Shown here: positions 30,437 to 40,568 of the stretch, one piece after another | Layout of the letters: each line of letters opens with the position of its first letter | Position numbering within the stretch: position 1 is the stretch's first letter | NCBI GenBank assembly: GCA_963709345.1 | Contig: CAVPVX010000001.1 | Coordinates: forward strand, 32,001 to 96,000 | Reading direction: 5' to 3' | DNA length: 64,000 bases | DNA from: an uncultured Actinomycetes bacterium | GTDB taxonomy: Bacteria > Actinomycetota > Thermoleophilia > UBA2241 | The notes under the pieces: generated by a model | What the model saw: only the letters and a program-made list of their open reading frames with translations | Told to the model about the DNA's origin: nothing | Database searches by the model: none | Translations under genes and position numbers: made by a program

Positions 30437-31041
30437 GCGTTCATCTCCGGGTGCTTGTGATGGAACGGGGTCCAGCCGTCCGCGCCGGCGCGCGGCTCCG
30501 CCGGCAACTGCTCGAGCTTGGCGATGGTCTCGTCGCACCACTCGATGTACGCCCTGCTCACGTGCTGCCCGCAGCTCACGGTCATCAGCCAGTACGGCGT
30601 CGGTGGATCGTCCTCTTGCGACATCGCTTCGTCGTACTGCGCGTACCTTTGCAGCAGAGCCTCGTGTTCGGCGCGGGTCTGCCTGACGTGCTCGATCATC
30701 ACGGCTGGACCCGTCTCCCAACCGTGGAAGAGCTTCAGGAGCATCTCTACGCGCTCGCGGATCGGGTCCGGCGGCTGCGCGAGCCAGCGGTGCAACTCCT
30801 CTCGGCCGAGGTCGGTGATGGTGTAGACGTTGCGGTCGGGCTTGCCGGTCTGGTGCTCCACCTCGCGGGTGGCGAGCCCCTCGTCATCGAGCCGCCTGAG
30901 GATCGGGTAGATGTGCCCGTAGCTCTCGCTCCAGAAGTTGCCGAGGCTATGGGCGTAGATGCGCTTCACGTCGTACCCGGACAGCGGCGCGTAGGCGAGC
31001 AGGCCGAGCACCGCGTACTTCGTCTTGTTCTCTCGAGGCAT
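30433..31041 (-). CDS. PadR family regulator with Vir_act_alpha_C-like domain
   Basis: LSGYDVK..FWSESYGHIYPIL..KPDRNVYTIT. Confidence 0.92.
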   Translation of the reverse strand: MPRENKTKYAVLGLLAYAPLSGYDVKRIYAHSLGNFWSESYGHIYPILRRLDDEGLATREVEHQTGKPDRNVYTITDLGREELHRWLAQPPDPIRERVEMLLKLFHGWETGPAVMIEHVRQTRAEHEALLQRYAQYDEAMSQEDDPPTPYWLMTVSCGQHVSRAYIEWCDETIAKLEQLPAEPRAGADGWTPFHHKHPEMNA

Positions 31042-31060
31042 CAGTCCTCCGTCGCCGAAC

Positions 31061-31103
31061 ATATGACACAAGGCACTATATCCTTATGTCATATATACGT
31101 CAA
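31061..31103 (-). promoter_or_regulatory. Sigma70 promoter overlapped by a 13-bp inverted repeat (probable PadR operator)
   Basis: TTGACG-17-TATAGT; ATATGACACAAGG / CCTTATGTCATAT. Confidence 0.7.
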
Positions 31104-31201
31104 GACTGCGCGTCACCACCCCGGGCTCTCGCGGTTCGCGGCAGCCCTTGGGTAGACTCAGATGGGTGAACAGACCGTCACGGTCGCAGCAGGAGGCGCG
31201 C

Positions 31202-31414
31202 ATGGGCTTCATGGAGAGGGCAAAGCAGATGGCGGACCAGGCCGCGGCCAAGGCGAAGGAGACCGCGGGCGAGCTCCAGCAGAAGGCCAAGCCGGCCATC
31301 CAGAAGCTGGAGCAGGAGTTCGACAGCCTCGACGAGAAGCTCCAGCCCACCTTCGACAAGGCGAAGCAGGAGGTATCCGATCTCGCCACGGAGGCCAAGG
31401 AGAAGCTGAAGTAG
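31202..31414 (+). CDS. Small hydrophilic helical protein with 11-mer repeats
   Basis: MGFMERAKQMADQAAAKAKE; AGGAGG RBS. Confidence 0.75.
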   Translation: MGFMERAKQMADQAAAKAKETAGELQQKAKPAIQKLEQEFDSLDEKLQPTFDKAKQEVSDLATEAKEKLK

Positions 31415-31540
31415 CGGTGTCTCACGCCGGCGAGACGCGCGCCGCTCCCGGCCGCGCCGCGCGGCCGCGCTTGAGCGGCACGCTCCGGCGGTACACTCTG
31501 GGTAGATCGTGTCTGTAGTAGTACGAAGCGGGAGGTCAGC

Positions 31541-31918
31541 ATGGGATTCACCGACAAGGCCAAGCAGATGGCCGACGACGCCACCACGAAGGCCAAGCAG
31601 ATGGCCGACGACGCCAAAGAGAAGTCGGGGCCGGCGCTGGACAAGGCCAAGGCGACGGCAGCCGACCTCGGCGAGAAGGCCAAAGCGAAGGCCGACGAGC
31701 TGGGCGGGAAGGCCAAGCCGACGACGGACAAGGCGAAGGCGGAAGCGGCCGAGATCATCGAGAAGGCCAGGAAGCAGGGCACGGAGCTCATCGAGCGGGC
31801 GAAGACCCAGGGGCCGGAGCTGCTCGAAAGGGCCAAGAGGGAGGCCGCCGAGCTGCTCGAGAGGGCACAGAGAGAGGCCAACGAGCTCCTGCAGAAGGCC
31901 AAGGAGAAGCTCGGGTAG
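31541..31918 (+). CDS. LEA/YtxH-like 11-mer repeat protein, paralog of the previous gene
   Basis: MGFTDKAKQMADDATTKAKQMADDAKEK; GGAGG RBS; internal 33-bp period duplication. Confidence 0.8.
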   Translation: MGFTDKAKQMADDATTKAKQMADDAKEKSGPALDKAKATAADLGEKAKAKADELGGKAKPTTDKAKAEAAEIIEKARKQGTELIERAKTQGPELLERAKREAAELLERAQREANELLQKAKEKLG

Positions 31919-31925
31919 CACGGCG

Positions 31926-32552
31926 ATGCCGGGCGATGCTCTCGCGGCGGGGCCGGACGGCCGGCCACGCTGCTTCTGGGCCGTCGGCAGCGCGCCCGAG
32001 TACGTCGCCTACCACGATGACGAGTGGGGCCGGCCGTCGCTCGAAGACGACCGGCTGTTCGAACGTCTCACGCTCGAGGCGTTCCAATCGGGTCTCTCGT
32101 GGCTCACGATCCTGCGCAAGCGGCCGGCGTTCCGGGCCGTGTTCGCCGGATTCGACATCGCCGCCGTCGCAGCGTTCGGCGACGCCGACCGCGAGCGCCT
32201 CATGGCCGACGCCGGCATCGTGCGCAACCGGCTGAAGATCGAGGCGGCGGTCGCCAACGCCCGCGCCGCCCTGCCCGTGATCGAAGAGCACGGGTCACTG
32301 GCGGCGTACTTCTGGCGCTTTCGGCCGGAGGCTCACGAGGCGCCGCGCTCGCGGGCCGACTTCGTCGCCGCGAGCCCGGAAGGCGCCGCGCTCGCCAAGG
32401 ATCTGAAGAAGCGCGGCTTCCGCTTCGTCGGCCCGACGACCGCCTACTCGCTCATGCAGGCGGCCGGCATCGTGAACGACCACGCCGCGGGCTGCTGCGT
32501 CCACGACGAGGTCGCGACCGAACAGATGAAGGCGGCGGCGCGCTTCGCCTGA
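31926..32552 (+). CDS. tag: DNA-3-methyladenine glycosylase I
   Basis: RCFW, YHDDEWG, LEAFQSGLSWLTILRKR, GIVRNRLKI, FVGPTT..VNDH..C. Confidence 0.95.
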   Translation: MPGDALAAGPDGRPRCFWAVGSAPEYVAYHDDEWGRPSLEDDRLFERLTLEAFQSGLSWLTILRKRPAFRAVFAGFDIAAVAAFGDADRERLMADAGIVRNRLKIEAAVANARAALPVIEEHGSLAAYFWRFRPEAHEAPRSRADFVAASPEGAALAKDLKKRGFRFVGPTTAYSLMQAAGIVNDHAAGCCVHDEVATEQMKAAARFA

Positions 32553-32577
32553 GGCCGCACTCGCGGCGCACGCCCCA

Positions 32578-33573
32578 CTACGCGCCCGCGTCCTGGTCCC
32601 CCGAGTCGCCGTGCACCCAGACGGTCTGCTGCGGGAAGGGGATGACGATGCCGGTCTCGTCGAAGGCCTCCTTGAGGCGCGCGCGCAGCGCGCGCCCGAC
32701 CATCCACTGCTCGCCCGGCTGCGTCTTGACGGCGAGACGCAGCACGATCGCGCTGGGTCCGAACTGCTCGACGCCCCAGAGCTCGGGCTCCTCGATGATC
32801 GTCGCACCGGGCGCCTGCGCCCGCCACTCCTCGTCGGCGACGCGCTTGATCACCTCGGACGCGTGGGCGATGTCGGTGTCGTAGGCGACCTCGACGTCGA
32901 GCACGATGCGCGACCAGAGCTGCGACTTGTTGCCGACGCGGCGTACCTCGCCGTTGGGGACATACCAGACGGTCCCGTCGACGTCGCGCAGGATCGTGAC
33001 CCGCAGCGTCACCTTCTCGACCGTGCCCGTCGCCTCGCCGACATCGATGACGTCGCCCACGCCGAACTGATCCTCCATGAGCATGAAGGCGCCGCTGAGA
33101 AAGTCCTTGACGAGACTCTGGGCGCCGAAGCCGAGCGCCACGCCGGCGATGCCGGCCCCGGCGATCAGCGGCCCGATGTTGACACCGAGCTCCGCCAGCA
33201 CCATGAGCGTCGCCAGCGTGTAGATGATGATCGTCGACGCATACCTCAGCAGCGAGCCCAAGGTGCGCGCCCGCTGCTCGGCGCGCCTCGCGTCGACCAC
33301 CCTCGCGTGGCGGCGTTCGGCGAGATCCTCCTCCGGCGCGACGGACACGCCGGCCGGCGACTCGTCACCCAAGGCGCGCTCGCGCCGCGACTCATGGGTA
33401 CGGGCGATCCGCTCGACCACGCGACGGATGGCCCGCCGCACGACGAAGTTGAGCACCACCGCGGCGAGGACGATGCCCGCTGCCGTGACCAGGTTGCCCG
33501 CGTTGTCCCCGAACCAGTCGGCGATCGGATCGAGTGTCGAGGCCGCGACCGCGTGTGCGCCGAATGCGATCAT
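32578..33573 (-). CDS. Small-conductance mechanosensitive channel (MscS/YbiO-like)
   Basis: GAGIAGVALGFGAQSLVKD, EDQFGVGD, VPNGE, IPFPQ. Confidence 0.92.
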   Translation of the reverse strand: MIAFGAHAVAASTLDPIADWFGDNAGNLVTAAGIVLAAVVLNFVVRRAIRRVVERIARTHESRRERALGDESPAGVSVAPEEDLAERRHARVVDARRAEQRARTLGSLLRYASTIIIYTLATLMVLAELGVNIGPLIAGAGIAGVALGFGAQSLVKDFLSGAFMLMEDQFGVGDVIDVGEATGTVEKVTLRVTILRDVDGTVWYVPNGEVRRVGNKSQLWSRIVLDVEVAYDTDIAHASEVIKRVADEEWRAQAPGATIIEEPELWGVEQFGPSAIVLRLAVKTQPGEQWMVGRALRARLKEAFDETGIVIPFPQQTVWVHGDSGDQDAGA

Positions 33574-33735
33574 GGACGGAGTCTACCAGAGGCCCTCCGG
33601 CGCGCAGACTGAGGGCGCGGGTGCGCTTGGAACTTGGCGCGCCGGACGATACGCTGTCGTCTCGCAAGGCCCGAGTCGCAACGGCCGGATCGCGCCGGGC
33701 CCTACGCTCCCTGTGGAACTCGAAGGAGAACGGCA

Positions 33736-34897
33736 ATGGGCGCAACAGAGTGGACCATCGTGATCCTCGTCGTCGGCGCTCGCCTGTTCCTCCCGTTCAC
33801 CATCCCGACCTTTCCCCTGATCGGCGCCGTAGCGTGCCTCATCCTCGACGCCATCGACCAGAGCATCTTCCAGCAGTTCCCGGCCATCCCGCTCGAGGGC
33901 TACCAGTCGTACGACAAGTCACTCGACATCTACTACCTGGCGATCATCTACCTGGCGACGATGCGCAACTGGACCAACCCGTACGCGTTCAGGATGAGCT
34001 GGTTCCTGTACTACTACCGTCTCATCGGCGTGGTGGCGTTCGAGCTCACGCAGGTGCGGGCCATCCTGTTCATCTTCCCGAACACCTTCGAGTACTTCTA
34101 CCTCTTCGTCGAGGCTGTACGCCTGCGCTGGAACTGGGTACGCATGGGCCTCTGGACCGTTGTCGTCTCCACGGCGCTCATCTGGGTGTTCATCAAGCTG
34201 CCGCAGGAGTGGTGGATCCACATCGCCCAGCTCGACATGACCGACTTCATCAAGGAGACGCTGTTCGGGGTGACCGCCGACACCGGCTGGGCGGACGCGA
34301 TCGCCAACCGGCCGTGGGTGCTGATCGTCGCCGTCGCCGTCTTCGCCGCCATCGGCTACGTCGGTTATTGGATCGTCACCCGCAAGGCGCCGCCCGGCGA
34401 TCGCCGCTTCAACCTCAGGGCCGACCCGCTGCCGCCGGAGTGCCGAGGCGCCGAGCTGTACCGCACGGCCAAGGCGACGGAGAGGATCTTCGACCTGGCG
34501 CTGCTGGAGAAGATCGTGCTCACGGGTCTGATCAGCGTGATCTTCGCCCTGATGCTGGAGGTCGAGAGCTTCGGCCTGCTCTTCGTCGCCGCCTTCGTGA
34601 TCGTGAACGCCATCGTCAGCCAGTGGCTCGCGCGCCGCGGCCGCGGCTGGCGCTCGGTCGTCACCGAGCTCGTCGGGATGCTTGTCGTCAACTACGGGAT
34701 CGTCGTAGGGCTGCTGGTGCTCGAAGTGGTGTTCGGCCTCATCGATGTGCGCACGCCGCGGGGCACGACGCTCTTCTTCGCCTTCCTGTTCACGGTGCTG
34801 ACCGTCCTCTTCGACCGCTATCGCACGGTGTTCACCGCGCGCCGCGTGCTCGAGAAGGCGGCGGCCGACGGGAGCCCCCGCCGCCCTCCAGGAGTAG
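33736..34897 (+). CDS. Polytopic membrane protein (true stop probably TAG 34895 after an indel; reads to 35070 as given)
   Basis: LDAIDQ..YQSYDKSLD..FPNTFEY..KLPQEWWIH; about 10 TM segments. Confidence 0.7.
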
Positions 34898-35555
34898 TGC
34901 CACGGGCGCGTTCGACCAGGTCGTCGAGTACGTCCTGCACCTGGACGCACACCTCGCCGAGCTCGCCGAGCAGCTCGGCGTGTGGGCCTACGCCGCCATC
35001 GCGACGACGATCTTCGCCGAGACCGGATTCGTCGTCACCCCGTTTCTGCCGGGGGAGTCGCTGCTCCTGACGAGCGGCACACTGGCCGGCGCGGGGATCC
35101 TCGAGATCCTCGTCCTGGCGCCGCTCCTCTTCACGGCGGCCTTTCTCGGCGACGTCTGCAACTACCTCATCGGCCGGTTCGTCGGCCGCCGCATCCTGAG
35201 CAAGCCGCGCAAGCGCATCCGCCCCGAACACGTGGCGAAGGCGCACGAGTTCTACGAGCGGCACGGCGGCATGGCGATCGTGCTGGCGAGGTTCCTGCCC
35301 GTCGTGCGCACGCTGGCGCCGTTCGTCGCCGGCGTCGCCCAGATGGAGTTCCACCGACTGCTCCTCTTCGCCGCGGTCGCGTCGGCGCTCTGGGTCACCA
35401 TCTTCATGGGAGCCGGCTACTGGTTCGGCACGGCCGCGTGGGTCCAGGACTACCTCGCGATCGCCCTGGCGGTCATCGCCGCGGCGTCGACGCTGCCCGG
35501 CTTGATCATCTGGGCGGTGCACCGCATCCGCCGCTCGCGAGGCACGCCGGAGTGA
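34897..35555 (+). CDS. DedA (VTT domain) membrane protein, start uncertain
   Basis: FAETGFVVTPFLPGESLL, GDVCNY, ARFLPVVRTLAPFVAG. Confidence 0.88.
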
Positions 35556-35607
35556 GGCGGCCGGCGCGCGTCCGAGCCCGGCGCCGGCCTCGGACGCCAC
35601 GGGCCTA

Positions 35608-35636
35608 TTCACCGCGTGTTGCCTTTCTTGTAGGCT
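35608..35636 (+). promoter_or_regulatory. Putative purH promoter
   Basis: TTCACC-17-TAGGCT. Confidence 0.45.
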
Positions 35637-35715
35637 TGCGGCGAGGGGCAGCCGGGCGGGCCGTGAGTCCTCGTCGGCAGCGGGCCCGGGGGACGTCCAG
35701 CAAAGGAGTGGTTTT

Positions 35716-37257
35716 GTGAAGGTCAAGCGAGCCCTGATCTCGGTGTTCAACAAGAGCGGAGTAGAGTCGTTCGCCAAGGGCCTCACGAGCATGGGGGTCA
35801 CCGTGATCTCCACAGGCGGGACCGCCAAGCTCCTGAGGGACTCCGGCATACCCGTCACCCTCGTCGAAGAGGTCACCGGCTTCCCGGAGATGCTCGACGG
35901 CCGCGTCAAGACCATGCACCCCAAGCTCATGGCCGGCGTCCTGGCGCGCCGCGACGTGCCCGAGCACATGGAGACCATCGCCGAGCACGGCATCGAGCCC
36001 ATCGACATGGTCGTCTGCAGCCTCTACCCGTTCGAGGAGGTCGCGGGCAGGCGCGGCGTCGAGGACGAGGTCGTGATCGAGAACATCGACATCGGCGGGC
36101 CGAGCATGATCCGCGCCGCCGCCAAGAACCACGCCGGCGTCGCCGTCGTCACGAGCCACGACGACTACGACGATCTGCTCGAGGAGTTGCGCGAGTCCGG
36201 CGGCGAGCTCAGCCACACCACCCTCCGCGACCTTGCCACCAAGGCCTTCCACCGCACCGCGCACTACGACTTCGTCATCGCCAACTGGTTCAGCGAGGCG
36301 GAGGGCGACTTCCCCGACTACGTGATGCGCGACTACGAGAAGGTCCTCGAGCTCAAGTACGGCGAGAACCCGCACCAGCGCGCCGCCTACTACTCCGAGG
36401 TCGGCCTGCGCCAGCACCTGCTCTCGCAGGTGACCCAGCTGCACGGCAAGCAACTCGGCTTCAACAACCTCTACGACCTCAACGCCGCGCGCGCCATCTG
36501 CGACGAGTTCACGCTGCCGTGCGTCACCCTCATCAAGCACAACAACCCCTGCGGGTGCGCCCTCGCCGAGAACCTGGCGGCCGCCTACGACAAGGCGTTC
36601 GAGTGCGATCCCGTCAGCGCGTTCGGCAGCGTGATCGCCGTCAACCGCATCGTCGACGTCGCTCTGGCCGAGCGCCTCAGCGAGCTGTTCGTCGAGGTCC
36701 TCTTCGCGCCCGGCTACAAAGACGAGGCGCTGGAGATCCTCTCGCGCAAGGCCGACATCCGCATCCTCCGCAACGAGGAGCGCCGGCAGATCAACCCCGG
36801 CGAGTTCGACTACAAACGCGTCACCGGCGGCATCCTGGTCCAGGACAGGGACGGCGACATCGAGGAACGCGACGAGATGACGGTGGCCACCAAGCGCCAC
36901 CCCAGCGAGCAGGAGTGGGGCGACCTCATCTTCGCCTTCCGGGTCGCCAAGCACGTCAAGAGCAACGCCATCGTGATCGCGCGCAACCTTGCGACGCTCG
37001 GCGTAGGCGCCGGCCAGATGAGCCGCGTCGACAGCACCAAGGTCGCCATCGAGAAGGCGCGCGGCGACCTCGCGGGCGCGGTCGTCGGCTCCGACGCCTT
37101 CTTCCCGTTCCCCGACGCCGTCGACCTCGCGATCGACAGCGGCGTCACGGCGTTCATGCAGCCCGGCGGCTCCAAGGGTGACGTGACCGCCGCGGAGGCG
37201 TGCGACAAGCGCGGCGCCGCCATGGTCTTCACCGGCCGGCGCCACTTCCTGCACTGA
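35716..37257 (+). CDS. purH: Bifunctional AICAR transformylase / IMP cyclohydrolase
   Basis: [60 protein letters not shown]. Confidence 0.98.
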   Translation: MKVKRALISVFNKSGVESFAKGLTSMGVTVISTGGTAKLLRDSGIPVTLVEEVTGFPEMLDGRVKTMHPKLMAGVLARRDVPEHMETIAEHGIEPIDMVVCSLYPFEEVAGRRGVEDEVVIENIDIGGPSMIRAAAKNHAGVAVVTSHDDYDDLLEELRESGGELSHTTLRDLATKAFHRTAHYDFVIANWFSEAEGDFPDYVMRDYEKVLELKYGENPHQRAAYYSEVGLRQHLLSQVTQLHGKQLGFNNLYDLNAARAICDEFTLPCVTLIKHNNPCGCALAENLAAAYDKAFECDPVSAFGSVIAVNRIVDVALAERLSELFVEVLFAPGYKDEALEILSRKADIRILRNEERRQINPGEFDYKRVTGGILVQDRDGDIEERDEMTVATKRHPSEQEWGDLIFAFRVAKHVKSNAIVIARNLATLGVGAGQMSRVDSTKVAIEKARGDLAGAVVGSDAFFPFPDAVDLAIDSGVTAFMQPGGSKGDVTAAEACDKRGAAMVFTGRRHFLH

Positions 37258-37267
37258 CGAGACGCGG

Positions 37268-37310
37268 GCGAAGGGGCGGGGCGGCCGGCAGAGCCGCCCC
37301 GCCCCTTCGT
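37268..37310 (+). terminator. Hairpin terminator after purH
   Basis: CGAAGGGGCGGGGCGGC / GCCGCCCCGCCCCTTCG. Confidence 0.7.
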
Positions 37311-37324
37311 CGTTCGGAGGCGCG

Positions 37325-38551
37325 ATGAGGGTCCTGAGCGAGATAGAGGAGCAGCCGGAGCTGACGGACGGCCGCGTCAGGCTGCGACCCTGGCGGGCCG
37401 AGGACGCCGCGGCCTGCGCCGCGATGTGCAACGATCCGGACGTCGCCCGGTTCATCCCCGTTCCCCGCCCCTACACCCTCACCGACGGCGAGGAGTGGGT
37501 GGGCGACGCGGCGCGCAAGTGGCGCGAGGACCGCTGGGCGCAGTTCGCGGTGATGGACACCGATTCAGGCGGACCGGCAGCATCCGGCGAGCCGGTCGCC
37601 TCCTGCGGCCTCAAGATCGATGCGGAGCGCGCCACGGGCGAGATCGGCTACCTCGTCCACCGCGACGCACGGCAACGCGGGATCGCCTCGGCCTGCATCC
37701 GCCTGCTCACGAGATGGGCCTTCGACGACCTCGGGCTCCAGCGCCTGCAGATTCGCGCCGACGTGCGCAACGCGGCCTCGCGACGGACGATCACCGCCGC
37801 GGGCTTCCGGCTCGAGGGCGTCCTGCGCGGCAACGACGTGATCGGCGGCGCCCGCGTCGACGACGCCCTCTTCTCGCTCCTCCCCGGCCACCGGCGGGCC
37901 GGGGACGTCGGGGGAGGCGGTGGCGCTTCCGGCGACGACGCGCCGCTCGACCTCGGCTGGCCGCGGCTGCCGGACGGCCGTCTGATCGTACGGCCCTTCG
38001 AGTCGGATGATGCCCCGGCCGTCCGGGCGGCCTGCGACGACCCGGAGGTGGCGCGCTGGATCCACCTGCTTCCGGCGCCCTACACGCCGTCCGACGCCGA
38101 GTGGTTCATCGCCGACGCCCGGCACCGGCTCCTGGCCGGCGACCGAGCCCGGCTGGCCGTCTGCGACGCGCCCACGGGCGAGCTCCTCGGCAGCGTGAGC
38201 CTCGATCTCTTCGCCGACCGGCAGGCCGCGGAGATGGGCTACTGGACCAAGCGCGAGGCGCGCCGCTCGGGCGTAGCACTGGCGGCGGCGCGCCTCGTCA
38301 TCGCCTGGGCGTTCGGCCCGCTCGGCCTCGAGCGCCTCGAACTCCTGACGTATCCGGGCAACGAGGCCTCGCAGGCCCTGGCCGACAGGCTTGGCTTCGC
38401 GCGCGAGGCGCTGCTCCGCGGCTTTCTCGCGCCCGAGCCGGGCAAGAGCCGTGACGGGCGGGTCGTGCCGTCGGCCGACGGCAGCCTCCCGCCCCGCGAC
38501 GACCAGGTGCAGTTCGCGCTGCTCCGCACCGACCTTCCGCCCTCCGGGTGA
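37325..38551 (+). CDS. Tandem RimJ/RimL-type GNAT acetyltransferase
   Basis: Two repeats of L.DGR..LRP..EIGY/EMGY..N.AS..GF..E..LRG. Confidence 0.88.
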   Translation: MRVLSEIEEQPELTDGRVRLRPWRAEDAAACAAMCNDPDVARFIPVPRPYTLTDGEEWVGDAARKWREDRWAQFAVMDTDSGGPAASGEPVASCGLKIDAERATGEIGYLVHRDARQRGIASACIRLLTRWAFDDLGLQRLQIRADVRNAASRRTITAAGFRLEGVLRGNDVIGGARVDDALFSLLPGHRRAGDVGGGGGASGDDAPLDLGWPRLPDGRLIVRPFESDDAPAVRAACDDPEVARWIHLLPAPYTPSDAEWFIADARHRLLAGDRARLAVCDAPTGELLGSVSLDLFADRQAAEMGYWTKREARRSGVALAAARLVIAWAFGPLGLERLELLTYPGNEASQALADRLGFAREALLRGFLAPEPGKSRDGRVVPSADGSLPPRDDQVQFALLRTDLPPSG

Positions 38552-38628
38552 GCAGTCTGGGGGCGGCCGCTGCCGGCCCCGACTGCCACACGTGACCGCC
38601 GCGCCCCGGGTGGTACAATCCGTCTCCC

Positions 38629-38704
38629 GGGCCGCTAGCTCAGTTGGTAGAGCAGGGGACTTTTAATCCCAAGGTCGTTGGTTCGATCCCAACGCGGCCC
38701 ACCA
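38629..38704 (+). tRNA. tRNA-Lys (TTT)
   Basis: GGGCCGC acceptor stem, D-arm GCTCAGTTGGTAGAGC, loop CTTTTAA, GGTTCGATCC, encoded CCA; TACAAT upstream. Confidence 0.97.
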
Positions 38705-38765
38705 GGCATTGCCCACCAGGAATCCCTGGTCGGCATGGCGACTTCGACACATGACTCGACGACCC

Positions 38766-39680
38766 TCAGTGGCGCCACGGCCCGCCCGGCGGCCACTCCT
38801 CCACGAACCCGTCCCCCCGCGCAAGCGCCTGCCACGGCTCGAGGAGAAAGGCGCGGAGGCGGTCGACGGCGTTGGCCAACCCAACGGCTTCAAGCCGGTT
38901 CCGCCGCAGGAATCCGCCCCACCGCTGGAGCATGACCTCGTCGGCTGCGAACGCCGCGGTGAGCGGCGCGGGCAGCTGAACACCTATCGTTCGCCCGCGC
39001 CGCTCGAACGTCAGCCGCACGGCCTCCGTGAGGCTCCGGCCGTCGAAGGCCAGCCTCGCCGCCAGGGCCTGCACGTCATAGATGTCCTTCATGCGGCTGT
39101 TCAGCATGCCGTGCTGCGCCAGCGCGTGGAGCTTCTCCGCCACGACGGCCTCCACCGGATAGGCGCGGAGGCGCGGCGCCGGGAAATCGAGCAGCGTGGG
39201 CATCGTGATCTCAGTATCCCAAGCCGCGAGCGCGTCACCGAAGCCGACGTCGATCTGCACGGTGTACCTTGCAGTGCCAAGCTTCGCCGCAAGACGGACT
39301 CGCTTGCCTTGGTACGCTTGCCCATTTCGGATGTCGCTCACGGCCACGCTGACCGGATCGAAGACCATCCCGTCATCCGGCACCGGAATGCGGCACACGT
39401 CCGCGAACACGCCGCTCAGCCTCTCGGCCGAGTCCTCACCGAAGCCCAGCAGATCGACGTCACGCGTAGCGCGATGCGGGTCTTCTTCCCACACCGCGAA
39501 GAGCGTCGCCCCCTTGAGCATGAACGACGAAGCATGCGGAGAGACCGAGAGCCGATAGAGGAACCGTTCAAGCGCGTATCGGAGGAAGAGGTCGTTGGGA
39601 TCCGCGCCGCTCGCGTGAACTCGGGCGAGAAGCCGATGGTGCACTGAAGCAGCTACATTCGTGATTGCTCGCCCGCTCAC
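38766..39680 (-). CDS. AbiEii nucleotidyltransferase toxin (type IV TA)
   Basis: ERFLYRL, FMLKGA, RATRDVD, AEKLHA, NSRMKDIYD. Confidence 0.92.
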   Translation of the reverse strand: MSGRAITNVAASVHHRLLARVHASGADPNDLFLRYALERFLYRLSVSPHASSFMLKGATLFAVWEEDPHRATRDVDLLGFGEDSAERLSGVFADVCRIPVPDDGMVFDPVSVAVSDIRNGQAYQGKRVRLAAKLGTARYTVQIDVGFGDALAAWDTEITMPTLLDFPAPRLRAYPVEAVVAEKLHALAQHGMLNSRMKDIYDVQALAARLAFDGRSLTEAVRLTFERRGRTIGVQLPAPLTAAFAADEVMLQRWGGFLRRNRLEAVGLANAVDRLRAFLLEPWQALARGDGFVEEWPPGGPWRH

Positions 39681-40285
39681 GCGAGCACCTCGATGTACGG
39701 CCGGATGACGGACCCGATGCGGCATGCCCGCGCCAGTTCCCACAGTTCGTCGGGCGAGCTCTTGCCCTGTTCCAGACAGTCGCGCAGCGCCTCGACGGCG
39801 ACGTCCATCCCGACGAGATTGCGGTAGCGAAAGCAGTCGATGACCGTCTTGGCCGCCGAGTAGACGCGCACGTGCACGCCCTCGAGTTCGTGCGCCTCGA
39901 TGCCCAGTTCGAGAGCGGTCCCCGAGAAGCGCATGATGCGGACCTGTACAGCCGGGGCTCTTGGAGACGCGGCGCGGCGATCGATCGCCATCCAGACCTC
40001 GAAGGGAAGCTGTGTCGTCAGCCCGTGGAACGAGAGGGCGCTGAGAAGACAGACGACGCCATTGGGCACCACCATCGTGGCAAGCACGAGACCGTGATGC
40101 TCGGTCACCGTGACCTCGGCGGCGCGATAGAGGCCACGGCCGACGCGCTCCAACTCGCCCCGCCGCACAAGGCGGTACACGGTCTCTGGATGTATGCCGC
40201 GTGAACGAGCGTCCGCGAGGCGGAAGGCGCCCATCTCCGCGCTCAGTCGCAGCAGGTGGTCAGCTTCGGTGTCCGAGTGGCTCAT
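39677..40285 (-). CDS. AbiEi antitoxin (type IV TA)
   Basis: LERVGRGLY, CLLSALSFHGLTTQLP, KTVIDCFRYRN; GTGA overlap with toxin. Confidence 0.92.
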   Translation of the reverse strand: MSHSDTEADHLLRLSAEMGAFRLADARSRGIHPETVYRLVRRGELERVGRGLYRAAEVTVTEHHGLVLATMVVPNGVVCLLSALSFHGLTTQLPFEVWMAIDRRAASPRAPAVQVRIMRFSGTALELGIEAHELEGVHVRVYSAAKTVIDCFRYRNLVGMDVAVEALRDCLEQGKSSPDELWELARACRIGSVIRPYIEVLA

Positions 40286-40331
40286 GTGTACAAGTATTGA
40301 CGCTTACGCGTACCTGTCAAGCTTTTTACAC
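40286..40331 (-). promoter_or_regulatory. abiE promoter (TTGACA-16-AATACT, leaderless) within an imperfect inverted repeat
   Basis: GTGTACAAGTATTGAC / GTCAAGCTTTTTACAC, 12 of 16 complementary. Confidence 0.65.
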
Positions 40332-40414
40332 GCCGGCCGGCGCCACGGCCCGGCGCCACCACGAGGAACAGCCTGGCCGGGCGCGCAGTCAAGCCTCACC
40401 ATCCCAAGCTCGCC

Positions 40415-40440
40415 GGCTCGGTCCAAACGCGGCCCACCAG
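40415..40440 (+). repeat. Degenerate copy of tRNA-Lys T-arm to CCA (attR-like)
   Basis: GGCTCGGTCCAAACGCGGCCCACCAG vs GGTTCGATCCCAACGCGGCCCACCAG, 3 mismatches. Confidence 0.75.
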
Positions 40441-40568
40441 TATGGTCGCACTATCTGGGTGACAGTGGACAATCCGGCGCCGCGCGGATCGCCTCAGGCC
40501 CCGGCTGAGGTCGTACACTAGCCTCAGGCGCAGGTTAGGTACCAGGTCGCCGCCGGCCAAGGAGAGTC

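Larger units (their letters stand above)
38680..40440. mobile_element. Integrase-less islet at tRNA-Lys carrying an AbiE toxin-antitoxin pair
   Basis: tRNA 3' end repeated at 40415-40440; 15 bp exact AACGCGGCCCACCAG at 38691-38705 and 40426-40440. Confidence 0.65.

Noticed and set aside
31556-31617. Direct repeat as a CRISPR-like array
   Set aside because: In-frame 33-bp coding duplication with no spacers; no CRISPR array or cas gene anywhere in the window.
35637-35715. ZTP or PRPP riboswitch before purH
   Set aside because: The conserved GACUGGCG / CGCCUGGGC and ykkC-type cores are not present.
40441-40470. IS481-like end remnant (GGGTGACAG) after the attR-like repeat
   Set aside because: Vague resemblance only; no transposase or partner end.
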